NCBI GenBank assembly: GCA_025055755.1 | Contig: JANWWF010000002.1 | Coordinates: forward strand, 199,628-263,627 | Direction: 5' to 3' | Origin: Candidatus Kapaibacterium sp. | GTDB lineage: Bacteria > Bacteroidota > Ignavibacteria > Kapaibacteriales > NICIL-2 | Length of the DNA stretch: 64,000 nt | Part shown: piece by piece, positions 55,001 through 64,000 of the stretch | Position numbering within the stretch: position 1 is the stretch's first letter | Layout of the letters: the number at the start of each line of letters is the position of its first letter | Program-made: the position numbers and the translations under genes | The notes under the pieces: generated by a model | Told to the model about the DNA's origin: nothing | Databases searched by the model: none | The model's input: only the letters and a program-made list of their open reading frames with translations

Positions 55001-55180
55001 TTACTGCTGCTCAGATTTTTCATTAGAAGGAGTCGATGGCTGACCACTTGCTGCTTGTTTGAACTCACGGATGCCAGCACCCAGCCCCCGCATCAATTCG
55101 GGAATCTTTCGCCCGCCGAAGATTAGCAGGGCAACCAGCAGAATCACCAACCATTCCATTCCACCTGGTAAGCCAAACAT
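55001..55180 (-). CDS. tatA: Sec-independent protein translocase TatA (59 aa; below ORF-track length cutoff)
   Basis: Manual translation of minus strand: [59 protein letters not shown]; 3 nt upstream of the other tat paralog. Confidence 0.7.
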   Translation of the reverse strand: MFGLPGGMEWLVILLVALLIFGGRKIPELMRGLGAGIREFKQAASGQPSTPSNEKSEQQ

Positions 55181-55218
55181 CGCCTACACCTCAAGTGTTG
55201 TGGATAATATTCGTGGTA

Positions 55219-55923
55219 TTAGACACCGACCTCTTCAAAATAGTGCATCAGGGAGTAGAAAATGCCTTTACCGTCTTCACTGCCAAGAAGCGCCTCGATA
55301 GCACGTTCCGGATGTGGCATAAGGCCAAGCACATTGCGTTTTCGATTGCAGATACCCGCAATGTTGTCCACAGAGCCATTGGGGTTACTCGATGGTGTGG
55401 AAATTCCGTTGCTGTCAGTGTAACGGAAAACGATTTGTTCATCTTGGTGGAGCTGGTCTAAGACTTCGGGAGGAGCGTAGTAACGTCCTTCACCGTGAGC
55501 AATTGGTAATTGGAGTACTTGTCCTCTTGTGTAAGAAGTCGTAAAGGGCGTTGAGCTGTTTTCGACTCGAACATGAACAGTTCGGCAAATAAATCGCTCA
55601 TTTGCATTTCGGAGGAGGGCACCAGGGAGCAAACCTGCCTCAGTGAGAATTTGGAAACCATTGCAAATGCCAAGGACCAATCCGCCCTGCTGTGCAAAGC
55701 GCACAACATCGCGCATGATAGGAGAAAAGCGGGCAATCGCACCGCTGCGAAGATAGTCCCCGTAAGAAAAGCCTCCGGGCAAAATCACGCATTGAACATC
55801 GGAGGGAATGCTGCCGTCCTTGTGCCACAGAAATTGTACGTCTATCCCGCACACTTGTTGGACTGCATAGTATGTGTCTCGGTCACAGTTCGAGCCGGGA
55901 AAAACAACAATTCCCACCTTCAT
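55219..55923 (-). CDS. purQ: Phosphoribosylformylglycinamidine synthase subunit PurQ
   Basis: [16 protein letters not shown] glutamine amidotransferase start. Confidence 0.85.
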   Translation of the reverse strand: MKVGIVVFPGSNCDRDTYYAVQQVCGIDVQFLWHKDGSIPSDVQCVILPGGFSYGDYLRSGAIARFSPIMRDVVRFAQQGGLVLGICNGFQILTEAGLLPGALLRNANERFICRTVHVRVENSSTPFTTSYTRGQVLQLPIAHGEGRYYAPPEVLDQLHQDEQIVFRYTDSNGISTPSSNPNGSVDNIAGICNRKRNVLGLMPHPERAIEALLGSEDGKGIFYSLMHYFEEVGV

Positions 55924-56180
55924 CGATGAAGTTGTTCGATGGTGACTGTGTAATCTTCGATAACCGGATTAGCGAGCAATTGTTCGCTCATTTGGTTGCA
56001 CAAGGACAGTGCCTCTGTGCTATCGGTTGCTTCCAGTTCCAGGGTGATGTATTTGCCAATGCGGACATGCTGGACAGTCGTAAAGCCAAGGGCATGGAGG
56101 GCATGCTCGACGGTTTTTCCTTGAACATCGAGAATTGCTGAACGAAGTGTTATGGTTATTGTTGCTTGAAATAATGCCAT
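55920..56180 (-). CDS. purS: Phosphoribosylformylglycinamidine synthase subunit PurS
   Basis: [28 protein letters not shown]...; start chosen at internal Met. Confidence 0.75.
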   Translation of the reverse strand: MALFQATITITLRSAILDVQGKTVEHALHALGFTTVQHVRIGKYITLELEATDSTEALSLCNQMSEQLLANPVIEDYTVTIEQLHR

Positions 56181-56193
56181 AGTGCTCTGCGCA

Positions 56194-56961
56194 TTAGTCT
56201 TCAAAGTCCTCAAATGTAAGTCGTTCTTTTTTCCATTCCTGCAATTGTAGCACTGCATGGCGGATTGCGCCGAACGCAATGTAAGCGACCATCAACGGGA
56301 AGGCAAGTTGTCCCCTGCTCAGGATGACCGCTGCTATAGCCAAAACAAAGACACTGGTAAACACAGGTCGCTGACGAATTGCGGCACGGCTGGGACGCGG
56401 GATGTTGTCGTACCGTACCGTGCTCACCATTGCCAATGCAGTAGCAATCGTTACAAAATTAGTAGCAATTTCTTGCCATGCAGGGGGAATCTGCCCGGTG
56501 TAAAGGTAGAAAAGACAATAAGACACAATCGTCAATGCACCAGCCGGTATAGGTAAGCCGCGGAAATATTGCTTGTCTTCTAAGGAAGTCAACTGTACAT
56601 TGAATCGAGCTAAACGGTACGCACCTGCCATTGCCGGAAGTGCAGCAATGAGCATGCCTGCAGGACCATGCCCATGATAATGCAGAACGTAAAGCAAAAC
56701 AGAGGGGGCCACACCAAAAGAGACAATGTCGCAGAGGGAATCGAGCTCTACGCCTAATTCACTTGCAGCACGAGCAAGGCGAGCAACAATTCCATCGAGC
56801 ATGTCGAAGATAGCAGCTGCAAGAACATAGTACGCGCCCACAATCACATAGGGGGGCTCTTTCAATGCATGCGCAAAATGGACGACGGCCAAAAATCCGC
56901 TGAAAAGATTCGCCAGCGTGAACAAGTTCGGGATGATCGAACGTGTAATGCGGAGCACCAT
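56194..56961 (-). CDS. pssA: CDP-diacylglycerol--serine O-phosphatidyltransferase
   Basis: CDP-alcohol phosphatidyltransferase motif DMLDGIVAR...G...D..D; polytopic. Confidence 0.8.
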   Translation of the reverse strand: MVLRITRSIIPNLFTLANLFSGFLAVVHFAHALKEPPYVIVGAYYVLAAAIFDMLDGIVARLARAASELGVELDSLCDIVSFGVAPSVLLYVLHYHGHGPAGMLIAALPAMAGAYRLARFNVQLTSLEDKQYFRGLPIPAGALTIVSYCLFYLYTGQIPPAWQEIATNFVTIATALAMVSTVRYDNIPRPSRAAIRQRPVFTSVFVLAIAAVILSRGQLAFPLMVAYIAFGAIRHAVLQLQEWKKERLTFEDFED

Positions 56962-56985
56962 GTCCGTGCTACAAGGAAGAGGCTT

Positions 56986-57651
56986 TCACGGCAACTCAGC
57001 GATTATCGTTTCGCCAGCACGGACACGGTCGCCAATGCGGACTTTGATCGTGCTGGCAGGAGGGATGAACACATCCATCCGAGAGCCGAATTTCATCATG
57101 CCAAATCGTGCGCCGGCGCAAATGGTATCGCCTACTTTAGTCTCAAAAACAATCCGTCGCGCTAAGACACCGGTGATTTGGCGAAAAAGCACCTTGCCAT
57201 AAGCAGTACGTACACCGATCGAAGAACGCTCATTGAGCTCAGAACTTTTGGGGTGCCATGCTACCAAATATTGACCGGGATGGTAGTGCACATATTCGAC
57301 CACCCCACTGACAGGATATCGGTTTACATGGACGTCAAGAGGGGAGAGAAAAATGCTAAGTCGGATCGTGGGGCTGTCGAGATACTCCTTTTCGTGCGTT
57401 TCGACAATTTCCACAATCCGTCCATCCGCCGGAGCAAGTACTGCTCGACTGCTGTTATGGCATGATGGCACACTCCGTTCGGGATCACGAAAGAACCAGA
57501 AAGCAAAAAGAACAATCAACCCTGCTCCTACACCGAGCACAATGCTAATGAGACCACTATGCCGTAGGGCATAAGCGCTGATGCCTAAGAGAACACCGAT
57601 TCCAATTAGTACCAGGAAATTGTCGTATCCGTAGCGAGAAATGACACTCAC
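56986..57651 (-). CDS. psd: Phosphatidylserine decarboxylase proenzyme
   Basis: 221 aa; C-terminal MMKFGSRMDV (GS self-cleavage site) pattern. Confidence 0.8.
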   Translation of the reverse strand: MSVISRYGYDNFLVLIGIGVLLGISAYALRHSGLISIVLGVGAGLIVLFAFWFFRDPERSVPSCHNSSRAVLAPADGRIVEIVETHEKEYLDSPTIRLSIFLSPLDVHVNRYPVSGVVEYVHYHPGQYLVAWHPKSSELNERSSIGVRTAYGKVLFRQITGVLARRIVFETKVGDTICAGARFGMMKFGSRMDVFIPPASTIKVRIGDRVRAGETIIAELP

Positions 57652-57822
57652 AGCTTACACACAGCACACAGTGGAGCAATTCGTATTTTGCACGCCGCTT
57701 GAGTGCGGAGTCGTGCACAAGGGCCGCCAATCGGAGGACCGATCGCAGCTGAGGCATTGGACGCTCAAAACTACGGTCTGGTGCACGCATGCAGTGTTGT
57801 TCAACTTTCTATTGAAGAATTC

Positions 57823-58923
57823 ATGCATATTGCGCATACGACAATTGCAGATCTCGTTACTGCATTGGGACGGATAATTCCAGCAATTCCCCCAAAGTCA
57901 ACGATTTTCGTGTTAGAGCATGCCTTGCTCAGTGCTGATAGTGATCAGGTCGAATTAACGGCGACCGATACGGAGCTTGCAATTACAACACATATTCCCG
58001 CCCATGTTGCGACAAGCGGGACAATCTTAGTGCCTGCTCGTAAGCTATACGATGTAGTGCGGGCATTGCCAGATGATTTGTCGTGCGAGGTGAACGTCGA
58101 GGGGGAAAAGTTGATCATCAAGACCAACATCGGGCGCTACGAATTTCCTGCTCTCAATGCTGCGGAATTTCCTGAGCTCCCGAGAGTTGACCACGCTACC
58201 ACTGTAGTGCTTTCTGAATCTGATGCCCGTACGATTGCAGAAGCGGTAACGTATGCTGCCTCGAGCGAACAATATCGCCCTGCAATGACGGGGGTAAAGT
58301 TTGAGATAGGAAACACCTTAGTGGCAGTTGCAACTGATGGTTACCGTCTTGCGACGATGACAATCCCTCTTGAACAGACATTCCATGACATAGTAGAGGC
58401 AATAGTCCCAGCCCGGGTGGTCGAGCTGTTGGCAAAGGTCGAAGGCGAGGTTATGCTCGGCTTTACAAAAACTCACGCGCTTATTTCAGATAGCCGAGAG
58501 CGTATCGTTGCTCGATTGATTGATGAATCGTATCCCCAATGGCGGAATGTAATTCCGAACGATAACGACAAAGTAGCAACAGTTAACCGCACAGAGTTCC
58601 TTAAGGCAATTCGGCGAGTGGCGCTGTTTACCAGCGCAGCAAGCCAAATGGTTCGATTCCGTTTTGCCGATGATACCGTGACCCTTACCGTTGTTGACCC
58701 CGACACCGGCGCACGTGCCGAGGAGCACCTGGCATGCCAGTATGCTTCTGAGCCACTTGAGATCGGTTTCAACCACAAATACATTGCTGAAGCGCTTGCA
58801 CATTTGCCAGGAGAACAAGTACAGTTAGCGTTTTCTGCCCCTTCGAGAGCTGCTCTTTTGACACCAGTGGAGGGTAATGAGTATAGCATCACAACACTGG
58901 TTATGCCTATGCGTTTAGGCTAA
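57823..58923 (+). CDS. dnaN: DNA polymerase III beta sliding clamp
   Basis: Aligns to E. coli DnaN from LLKPL.../LTGTDLE (here LVTAL.../LTATDTE) through C-terminal MPMRL; start chosen at MHIAHTT. Confidence 0.85.
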   Translation: MHIAHTTIADLVTALGRIIPAIPPKSTIFVLEHALLSADSDQVELTATDTELAITTHIPAHVATSGTILVPARKLYDVVRALPDDLSCEVNVEGEKLIIKTNIGRYEFPALNAAEFPELPRVDHATTVVLSESDARTIAEAVTYAASSEQYRPAMTGVKFEIGNTLVAVATDGYRLATMTIPLEQTFHDIVEAIVPARVVELLAKVEGEVMLGFTKTHALISDSRERIVARLIDESYPQWRNVIPNDNDKVATVNRTEFLKAIRRVALFTSAASQMVRFRFADDTVTLTVVDPDTGARAEEHLACQYASEPLEIGFNHKYIAEALAHLPGEQVQLAFSAPSRAALLTPVEGNEYSITTLVMPMRLG

Positions 58924-58941
58924 TCAATCTTCACGCATCAA

Positions 58942-59919
58942 ATGCTCTCCGGAGAGTGGTGGAGTGTAGGATTTGATGTTGGTGGTACAACCGTCAAAGC
59001 AGCGGTAGTACGCTGCAAGAGCCGTGAAGTAACCGTTGTCACAACTGCTGCCTATCCCACCATAGCAATAGCAACGGTCGAGGATTTTATCAACCTGTTG
59101 GCAGAGCAATATGCCGCGTTTGTAAAAGCATATCCAGAGATTGGTGGACTTGGGATTGGCTTTCCTGCGTGTGTTCATTGGAAGGAGGGAATCGTCACTA
59201 CACCACCGAATATTGGGTGGTGGGATAAGGAGGAATACCCTCTGCGCACTGTTCTTGAGAAGCAATTGCAGGTTCCGGTTGCGCTCGACAATGATGCTAA
59301 TGCTGCCGCTCTTGCCGAAATGATAATGGGTGCTGGTAGGCAGTTGAATTCGTTTCTCTTTGTAACGTTAGGGACCGGAGTAGGAGGAGCGATTGTTCTC
59401 AATCGGCAGATTATTCGTGGTGAGCGGGGATGCGCTGGTGAAATTGGACACATGATTATTGATGCACACGAGGAATCAGTGCAGCCCTCATGGCGGAGAG
59501 GGGTGTTGGAGCGGTTTGTCGGTCGCGAGGCTATCTGTCAGCGTGCATACGCCGCGATTGAGCGGTATCCCCATTCGATCTTGAGCCAATACGGAAACAA
59601 TCTCGATGTAATTCACGTGAGCTCAGCAGCAGAAGCTGGTGATAATGCCGCCCTGGATGTTCTACGGGAGACTGCACGTTTCTTTGGCATTGGTCTTGCA
59701 TCCGCCCTTGCAATTTTAGGGATTGAACATGTGGTCGTAGCTGGTGGTATCAGTCAGCTTCCGCCCTTGTTCTACGACGTTGTCCATCAAACCATTCTCG
59801 AACGCGCGCTGCCTGCGATAAGTACACACGTGGTTATCCATCGCTCTACAATAGGGAGCTATGCTGGGGTAATTGGGGCAGCATTGCTTACACAGGGCGA
59901 AGAGGCGAACTTCAGCTAA
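58942..59919 (+). CDS. ROK-family sugar kinase (glucokinase-like)
   Basis: 325 aa; GFDVGGT N-terminal and ROK CxCGxxGCxE zinc motif (CAGEIGH). Confidence 0.7.
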   Translation: MLSGEWWSVGFDVGGTTVKAAVVRCKSREVTVVTTAAYPTIAIATVEDFINLLAEQYAAFVKAYPEIGGLGIGFPACVHWKEGIVTTPPNIGWWDKEEYPLRTVLEKQLQVPVALDNDANAAALAEMIMGAGRQLNSFLFVTLGTGVGGAIVLNRQIIRGERGCAGEIGHMIIDAHEESVQPSWRRGVLERFVGREAICQRAYAAIERYPHSILSQYGNNLDVIHVSSAAEAGDNAALDVLRETARFFGIGLASALAILGIEHVVVAGGISQLPPLFYDVVHQTILERALPAISTHVVIHRSTIGSYAGVIGAALLTQGEEANFS

Positions 59920-59958
59920 GGTAATTTTGTTGTTTGCTACATTCACAGTCGCGATCTG

Positions 59959-62898
59959 TTGCGTTGGCGCATGATTACTGACCAGTTGGTATTGCTCGAA
60001 CCTCTGGAGACTATCCGGATTGTTGGTGCACGGGAGCATAACCTCAAAAACGTTGCCTTGGAGTTGCCCCGCAATCAGCTGATTGTCATCACGGGTGTTT
60101 CTGGGTCTGGCAAATCCTCCCTTGCATTCGACACACTATATGCCGAAGGACAGCGGCGATATGTCATGTGTCTGTCGCCTTACGCACGGCAGTTCCTCGG
60201 GGTATTGCGCAAACCTGATGTAGACAGTATCGAGGGTATATCGCCAGCTATCAGCATTGACCAAAAGACCAGTAGCTTTACTCCTCGCTCGACAGTTGGT
60301 ACTGTTACGGAGATCTACGACTACCTGCGGCTGCTTTATGCAAAAGTTGGAACTCAATACTGCCCTGATTGCGGGGTTGCTGTTGAACAGACAAGCGCCG
60401 ATGAGATTTTCGCTCAGATTATGCAGCTGGTATCAGGAACATTAGTGGAAATCTTGGCTCCATTGGTCGTTGGGCGTAAGGGGCATTACCGCGAGCTGTT
60501 TGCCTCTCTTCTCCGCGCTGGATTTACCCGGGTTCGCATCGATGGACAAATTCAGGAGCTCCACGAGGGCATGATGGTTGACCGTTACAAGGTCCACACC
60601 ATCGAGTTAGTCGTCGATCGTGTCGTCGTTGGTCCGACGATCGAGCGCCGATTACGAGAAAGTATTGAGCTTGCTCTTCGGATGGGACAGGGACGTGTCC
60701 TTGTAGTTATGGAAGGGGGAAAAAAGGAGCGCACATTTAGTTCAGTGCTGGCATGTCCTTCGTGTGGGCGTGGCTTTGAGCCACTTGCACCGAATTCGTT
60801 TTCGTTCAACTCTCCATATGGCTGGTGTCCAGGCTGTGAAGGGATGGGGGTGCGCGATGATTTTCTTATGGAGCGTATTATTCCTGATCCAGGACGCACC
60901 ATTGAAGAAGGAGGAATTGCTCTTTTAGGGCAAAGACGGCGAACGCTTTTATGGGAGCAAGTTGCTGCTTTCTGCAAGCGCGAGCGGATTCCCCTTGATG
61001 TTCCGATTAGTGCTCTACCACCGGATAAACTCCAGGAATTACTGGAGGGACCATCTCGACCGCACCGCCTTACTGTTGAATTCGAGAGCAAGGACGGGCA
61101 CTTTGCTATCGAACAAGAATACCACGGCATCTTGCCCGTCATTCGGCATCAGTTTGCGACGACAACATCGCCCAAGGTACGGTCGTGGATTGCCTCATTT
61201 ATGGGAACAAAGGTATGTGACCAATGCAACGGGGAGCGTCTCCGCCCAGAGAGTAGAATGGTGCGCGTTGGGGGATACCGGCTACCGGAAATTGTCCAGT
61301 GGGATATCCTTGAGCTCCAGGTATGGATTGAACAACTGCAACACCAGCTAACCCCACAGCAACAACGTATCGCAGAGCCTATAGTGGCTGAAATCCGCCG
61401 GCGTTTGGAATTTCTGGTTAATGTGGGGTTAGAGTATCTGATTCTTGATCGTCCTGCACGAACGTTGAGTGGCGGGGAGTCACAGCGAATTCGTCTTGCA
61501 TCACAGCTTGGCTCGCAGCTTGTTGGAGTGCTTTACGTTCTTGACGAACCGAGTGTCGGGCTCCATCCACACGACAATCATGCCCTTCTTGAATCACTTA
61601 AAAACTTGCGAGATATGGGGAATACGGTAGTGGTTGTTGAACATGATCGCGATACGATGCAAGCGGCCGATGTGCTCGTTGATCTGGGTCCGAGAGCAGG
61701 GGTTCATGGCGGTGAAGTGCTTTTTGTCGAGTCGCCGAAAAAACTCCGTCAGTTGCCCGCTCACGTGCGGAAGCAATCTTTGACAGCACAATACCTGCTG
61801 GGAGAACGCACTATAGCGGTGCCGGCAAATCGTCGGCATGGTTCGGGGGCATGGCTTGTGGTCGAAGGTGCCAGTGGTAATAATCTTCGGGAGGTGACCT
61901 TGCGGATACCGCTTGGAACATTCGTGTGTGTGACAGGCGTCTCTGGATCGGGGAAATCCTCACTCATTCTTGATACGCTGTATCCACTATTGAGCAATGC
62001 ATTGCACAAGACATCACTTCCCGTGCTCCCATATCGTAGTGTCCATGGCATCGAGCACCTGGATAAAGTCATTGAAATTGACCAAAGTCCTATTGGGCGG
62101 ACACCACGGTCGAATCCTGCAACCTACACGGGGGTGTTTACTCTGATTCGCCAACATTTTGCGCTGCTTCCTGAGGCACGCATACGTGGCTACACGCAAG
62201 GGCGGTTTTCCTTCAATGTTCCGGGGGGGAGGTGCGAAGCGTGCGAGGGTGCAGGAGTGCGAACAATCGAAATGAATTTCTTGCCTGAGGTGTATGTTGT
62301 CTGTGACGAATGCGGCGGAAAGCGCTATAATCCTGAAACGTTGAACGTAACCTACCGAGGCAAGTCCATTGCTGATGTCTTGGCAATGACTGTAGAAGAG
62401 GCACTGGAGTTTTTTGCTGACATACCACAAATTCGGCGCAAGCTCTCCTTGCTAAACGAGGTAGGCTTGGGCTATATCACTCTTGGCCAGCAAGCACCCA
62501 CTCTCAGTGGGGGAGAGGCACAGCGCTTGAAGCTGGCGACCGAGCTTGCTCGTGTCAGTACCGGCAGAACGTTGTACCTTCTCGACGAGCCAACAACAGG
62601 ACTGCACTTTGAAGATATCCGCATTTTGCTGGAGCTTCTCCAGCGATTGGTGGATCGTGGCAACACGGTGGTGGTTATCGAGCATAATCTCGATGTGATA
62701 AAGTGCGCAGACTGGGTCATTGATCTTGGTCCGGGCGCTGGAAGACATGGTGGCACAATAGTCGCAGAAGGTACACCAGAGCAGATAGCGGCAAATCCGC
62801 AGTCGCGGACTGGTGTTTATCTTCAGCGTGAATTGCTACCACCGCAAAGGCCTTATCGCAAAAGCAGAACAACAGCAAAGAACTCGCTTGCAGCGTAG
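59959..62898 (+). CDS. uvrA: Excinuclease ABC subunit A
   Basis: 979 aa; two ABC ATPase modules (GVSGSGKSSL x2) with zinc-finger insertions. Confidence 0.95.
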   Translation: MRWRMITDQLVLLEPLETIRIVGAREHNLKNVALELPRNQLIVITGVSGSGKSSLAFDTLYAEGQRRYVMCLSPYARQFLGVLRKPDVDSIEGISPAISIDQKTSSFTPRSTVGTVTEIYDYLRLLYAKVGTQYCPDCGVAVEQTSADEIFAQIMQLVSGTLVEILAPLVVGRKGHYRELFASLLRAGFTRVRIDGQIQELHEGMMVDRYKVHTIELVVDRVVVGPTIERRLRESIELALRMGQGRVLVVMEGGKKERTFSSVLACPSCGRGFEPLAPNSFSFNSPYGWCPGCEGMGVRDDFLMERIIPDPGRTIEEGGIALLGQRRRTLLWEQVAAFCKRERIPLDVPISALPPDKLQELLEGPSRPHRLTVEFESKDGHFAIEQEYHGILPVIRHQFATTTSPKVRSWIASFMGTKVCDQCNGERLRPESRMVRVGGYRLPEIVQWDILELQVWIEQLQHQLTPQQQRIAEPIVAEIRRRLEFLVNVGLEYLILDRPARTLSGGESQRIRLASQLGSQLVGVLYVLDEPSVGLHPHDNHALLESLKNLRDMGNTVVVVEHDRDTMQAADVLVDLGPRAGVHGGEVLFVESPKKLRQLPAHVRKQSLTAQYLLGERTIAVPANRRHGSGAWLVVEGASGNNLREVTLRIPLGTFVCVTGVSGSGKSSLILDTLYPLLSNALHKTSLPVLPYRSVHGIEHLDKVIEIDQSPIGRTPRSNPATYTGVFTLIRQHFALLPEARIRGYTQGRFSFNVPGGRCEACEGAGVRTIEMNFLPEVYVVCDECGGKRYNPETLNVTYRGKSIADVLAMTVEEALEFFADIPQIRRKLSLLNEVGLGYITLGQQAPTLSGGEAQRLKLATELARVSTGRTLYLLDEPTTGLHFEDIRILLELLQRLVDRGNTVVVIEHNLDVIKCADWVIDLGPGAGRHGGTIVAEGTPEQIAANPQSRTGVYLQRELLPPQRPYRKSRTTAKNSLAA

Positions 62899-62932
62899 TT
62901 TTGCAATGATTTGTTGAACGCAAACAACATTT

Positions 62933-63685
62933 ATGCATCCAATGACCATTCTTGTTTGCATTTCTTATGTTCCTGATACTGCTGCGAAGATTGGAGTCAC
63001 TCCGGAGGGTACAGGGTTAGTGCTCGACGGAGTCAAGTACATTCTCAATCCTTACGATGAATTTGCCATCGAAGAGGCGTTGCAACAACGTGAAAAACAT
63101 GGCGGAAAAGTCATAGCGCTTACGGTTGGCCCGGAATCAGCTAAGGAGATACTCCGTACTGCGCTTGCTATGGGAGTCGATAGTGCAACGATCATTCCTT
63201 CTACCTCGCTTGATTCCTTCGGGGTTGCTTACAATATTGCCGCCTATGCTCGCTCGATTGGTGCCGACCTTATTCTTCTGGGCAGACAGAGCATTGACCA
63301 CGATTCTTTTCAAATGGCAAGCACAGTAGGAGCAATGTTGGGGATACCCTCCATTTCGGTGGTGTCTAAACTTGAAATCGAGGGAGCAACCGTCCGTGCG
63401 GAGCGGGACATCGAAGGAGGGAAGGAGATTCTTACCTCCTCGCTTCCGATTGTCATCAGTGTTCAGAAAGGGATCAACACCCCGCGTTATCCAAAGCTGC
63501 CGGACATTATGAAAGCCAAATCAAAGCCTATCGACACAGTAGAGCCTCAATCGGTCCAGCCACGAGTTGCAATGGTACGCTACGCTACGCCTCAGCTCAA
63601 GCGCAGAGGAATTATTCTTGGCGATAGTGATGCTGATATTGCTGAATTTGTTCGTCTCCTGCACGAGGAGGCAAAAGTCATCTGA
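62933..63685 (+). CDS. etfB: Electron transfer flavoprotein beta subunit
   Basis: MTILVCISYVPDT...KVIALTVGP typical EtfB. Confidence 0.85.
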   Translation: MHPMTILVCISYVPDTAAKIGVTPEGTGLVLDGVKYILNPYDEFAIEEALQQREKHGGKVIALTVGPESAKEILRTALAMGVDSATIIPSTSLDSFGVAYNIAAYARSIGADLILLGRQSIDHDSFQMASTVGAMLGIPSISVVSKLEIEGATVRAERDIEGGKEILTSSLPIVISVQKGINTPRYPKLPDIMKAKSKPIDTVEPQSVQPRVAMVRYATPQLKRRGIILGDSDADIAEFVRLLHEEAKVI

Positions 63686-63712
63686 GTAGTTGAACACACC
63701 AATTGCACTTCT

Positions 63713-64000
63713 ATGTCAACTGTTGCAGTGTACATTGAGCAGCGAGAAGGTATCGTCAAACGTCCATCGCTGGAGGCGCTTACCGCAGCACGCCAGCTTT
63801 CACCCCATGTTGTTGCCGTATGCATTAGTGCTCCTGGGGATGCTTCGCTTCTGGCGCGGTATGGTGCAGCAGAGGTCGTGACGATTGAGCATCCCCTCTT
63901 GCAACAGTATTCGTCACAAGCGGTAGCAGTAGCGCTAGCCCAGTATGTGCGATCAGCAGAAGTGACCACGATTCTCATCGCTGGAACCGCCCAGGGCAAA
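63713..64000 (+). CDS. etfA: Electron transfer flavoprotein alpha subunit, N-terminal part (continues beyond window end)
   Basis: Manual translation MSTVAVYIEQREGIVKRPSLEALTAARQL...; open to window end. Confidence 0.7.
   Translation, partial: MSTVAVYIEQREGIVKRPSLEALTAARQLSPHVVAVCISAPGDASLLARYGAAEVVTIEHPLLQQYSSQAVAVALAQYVRSAEVTTILIAGTAQGK

Noticed and set aside
57652-57822. Possible DnaA-box cluster or oriC upstream of dnaN
   Set aside because: No TTATCCACA/TGTGGATAA-like 9-mers are present, only GTGCAC palindromes, and dnaA is absent from the locus.
60585-61142. 185-aa antisense ORF within uvrA
   Set aside because: It is embedded in the highly conserved uvrA coding sequence. The Arg/Ser-rich translation is typical of antisense GC-rich codons.
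63592-63999. 135-aa minus-strand ORF spanning etfB end and etfA start
   Set aside because: It is antisense to two well-supported etf genes and has no domain similarity.

Overview
This looks like a chromosomal window from a moderate-GC bacterium of the FCB superphylum (Bacteroidota/Ignavibacteriota/Chlorobi-like), inferred from gene content rather than any search. It is mostly densely packed housekeeping genes: gcvP (partial, runs off the window start), recR, nuoD, asnB, pheT, zapA, rny, rsmI, rimM, feoAB, dapA, dnaG, folBK, ptsI/ptsH, tsaC, gatA, tatA, purSQ, pssA/psd, dnaN, uvrA and etfBA (etfA partial, runs off the window end). There are four tRNA genes (Asp, Ala, initiator Met, Thr). The accessory-looking part is 12.0-24.1 kb: a type IX secretion (T9SS) block with a BNR-repeat cargo protein carrying a Por C-terminal sorting domain, a large TonB-dependent receptor, a 1367-aa CTD-bearing protein immediately followed by a PorV-like outer-membrane protein (a porU-porV-like arrangement), and a GWxTD-domain protein. 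The most notable non-coding observation is a roughly 250-nt structured RNA candidate between zapA and rny, closed by a perfect 11-bp long-range stem and ending in a U-run. Its position after zapA is the same as ssrS (6S RNA) in E. coli. Other points worth a look are an isolated flhF-(small membrane ORF)-fliA module without flhG or other flagellar genes, a translationally coupled operon that pairs an orphan nuoD with a SpoU methyltransferase and a divergent cytochrome b-like membrane protein, tandem tatA genes, and an RsmI with a long basic tail. No CRISPR array, IS element or obvious defence system was seen. All calls are from reading the ORF translations and sequence by eye; no database search was run.
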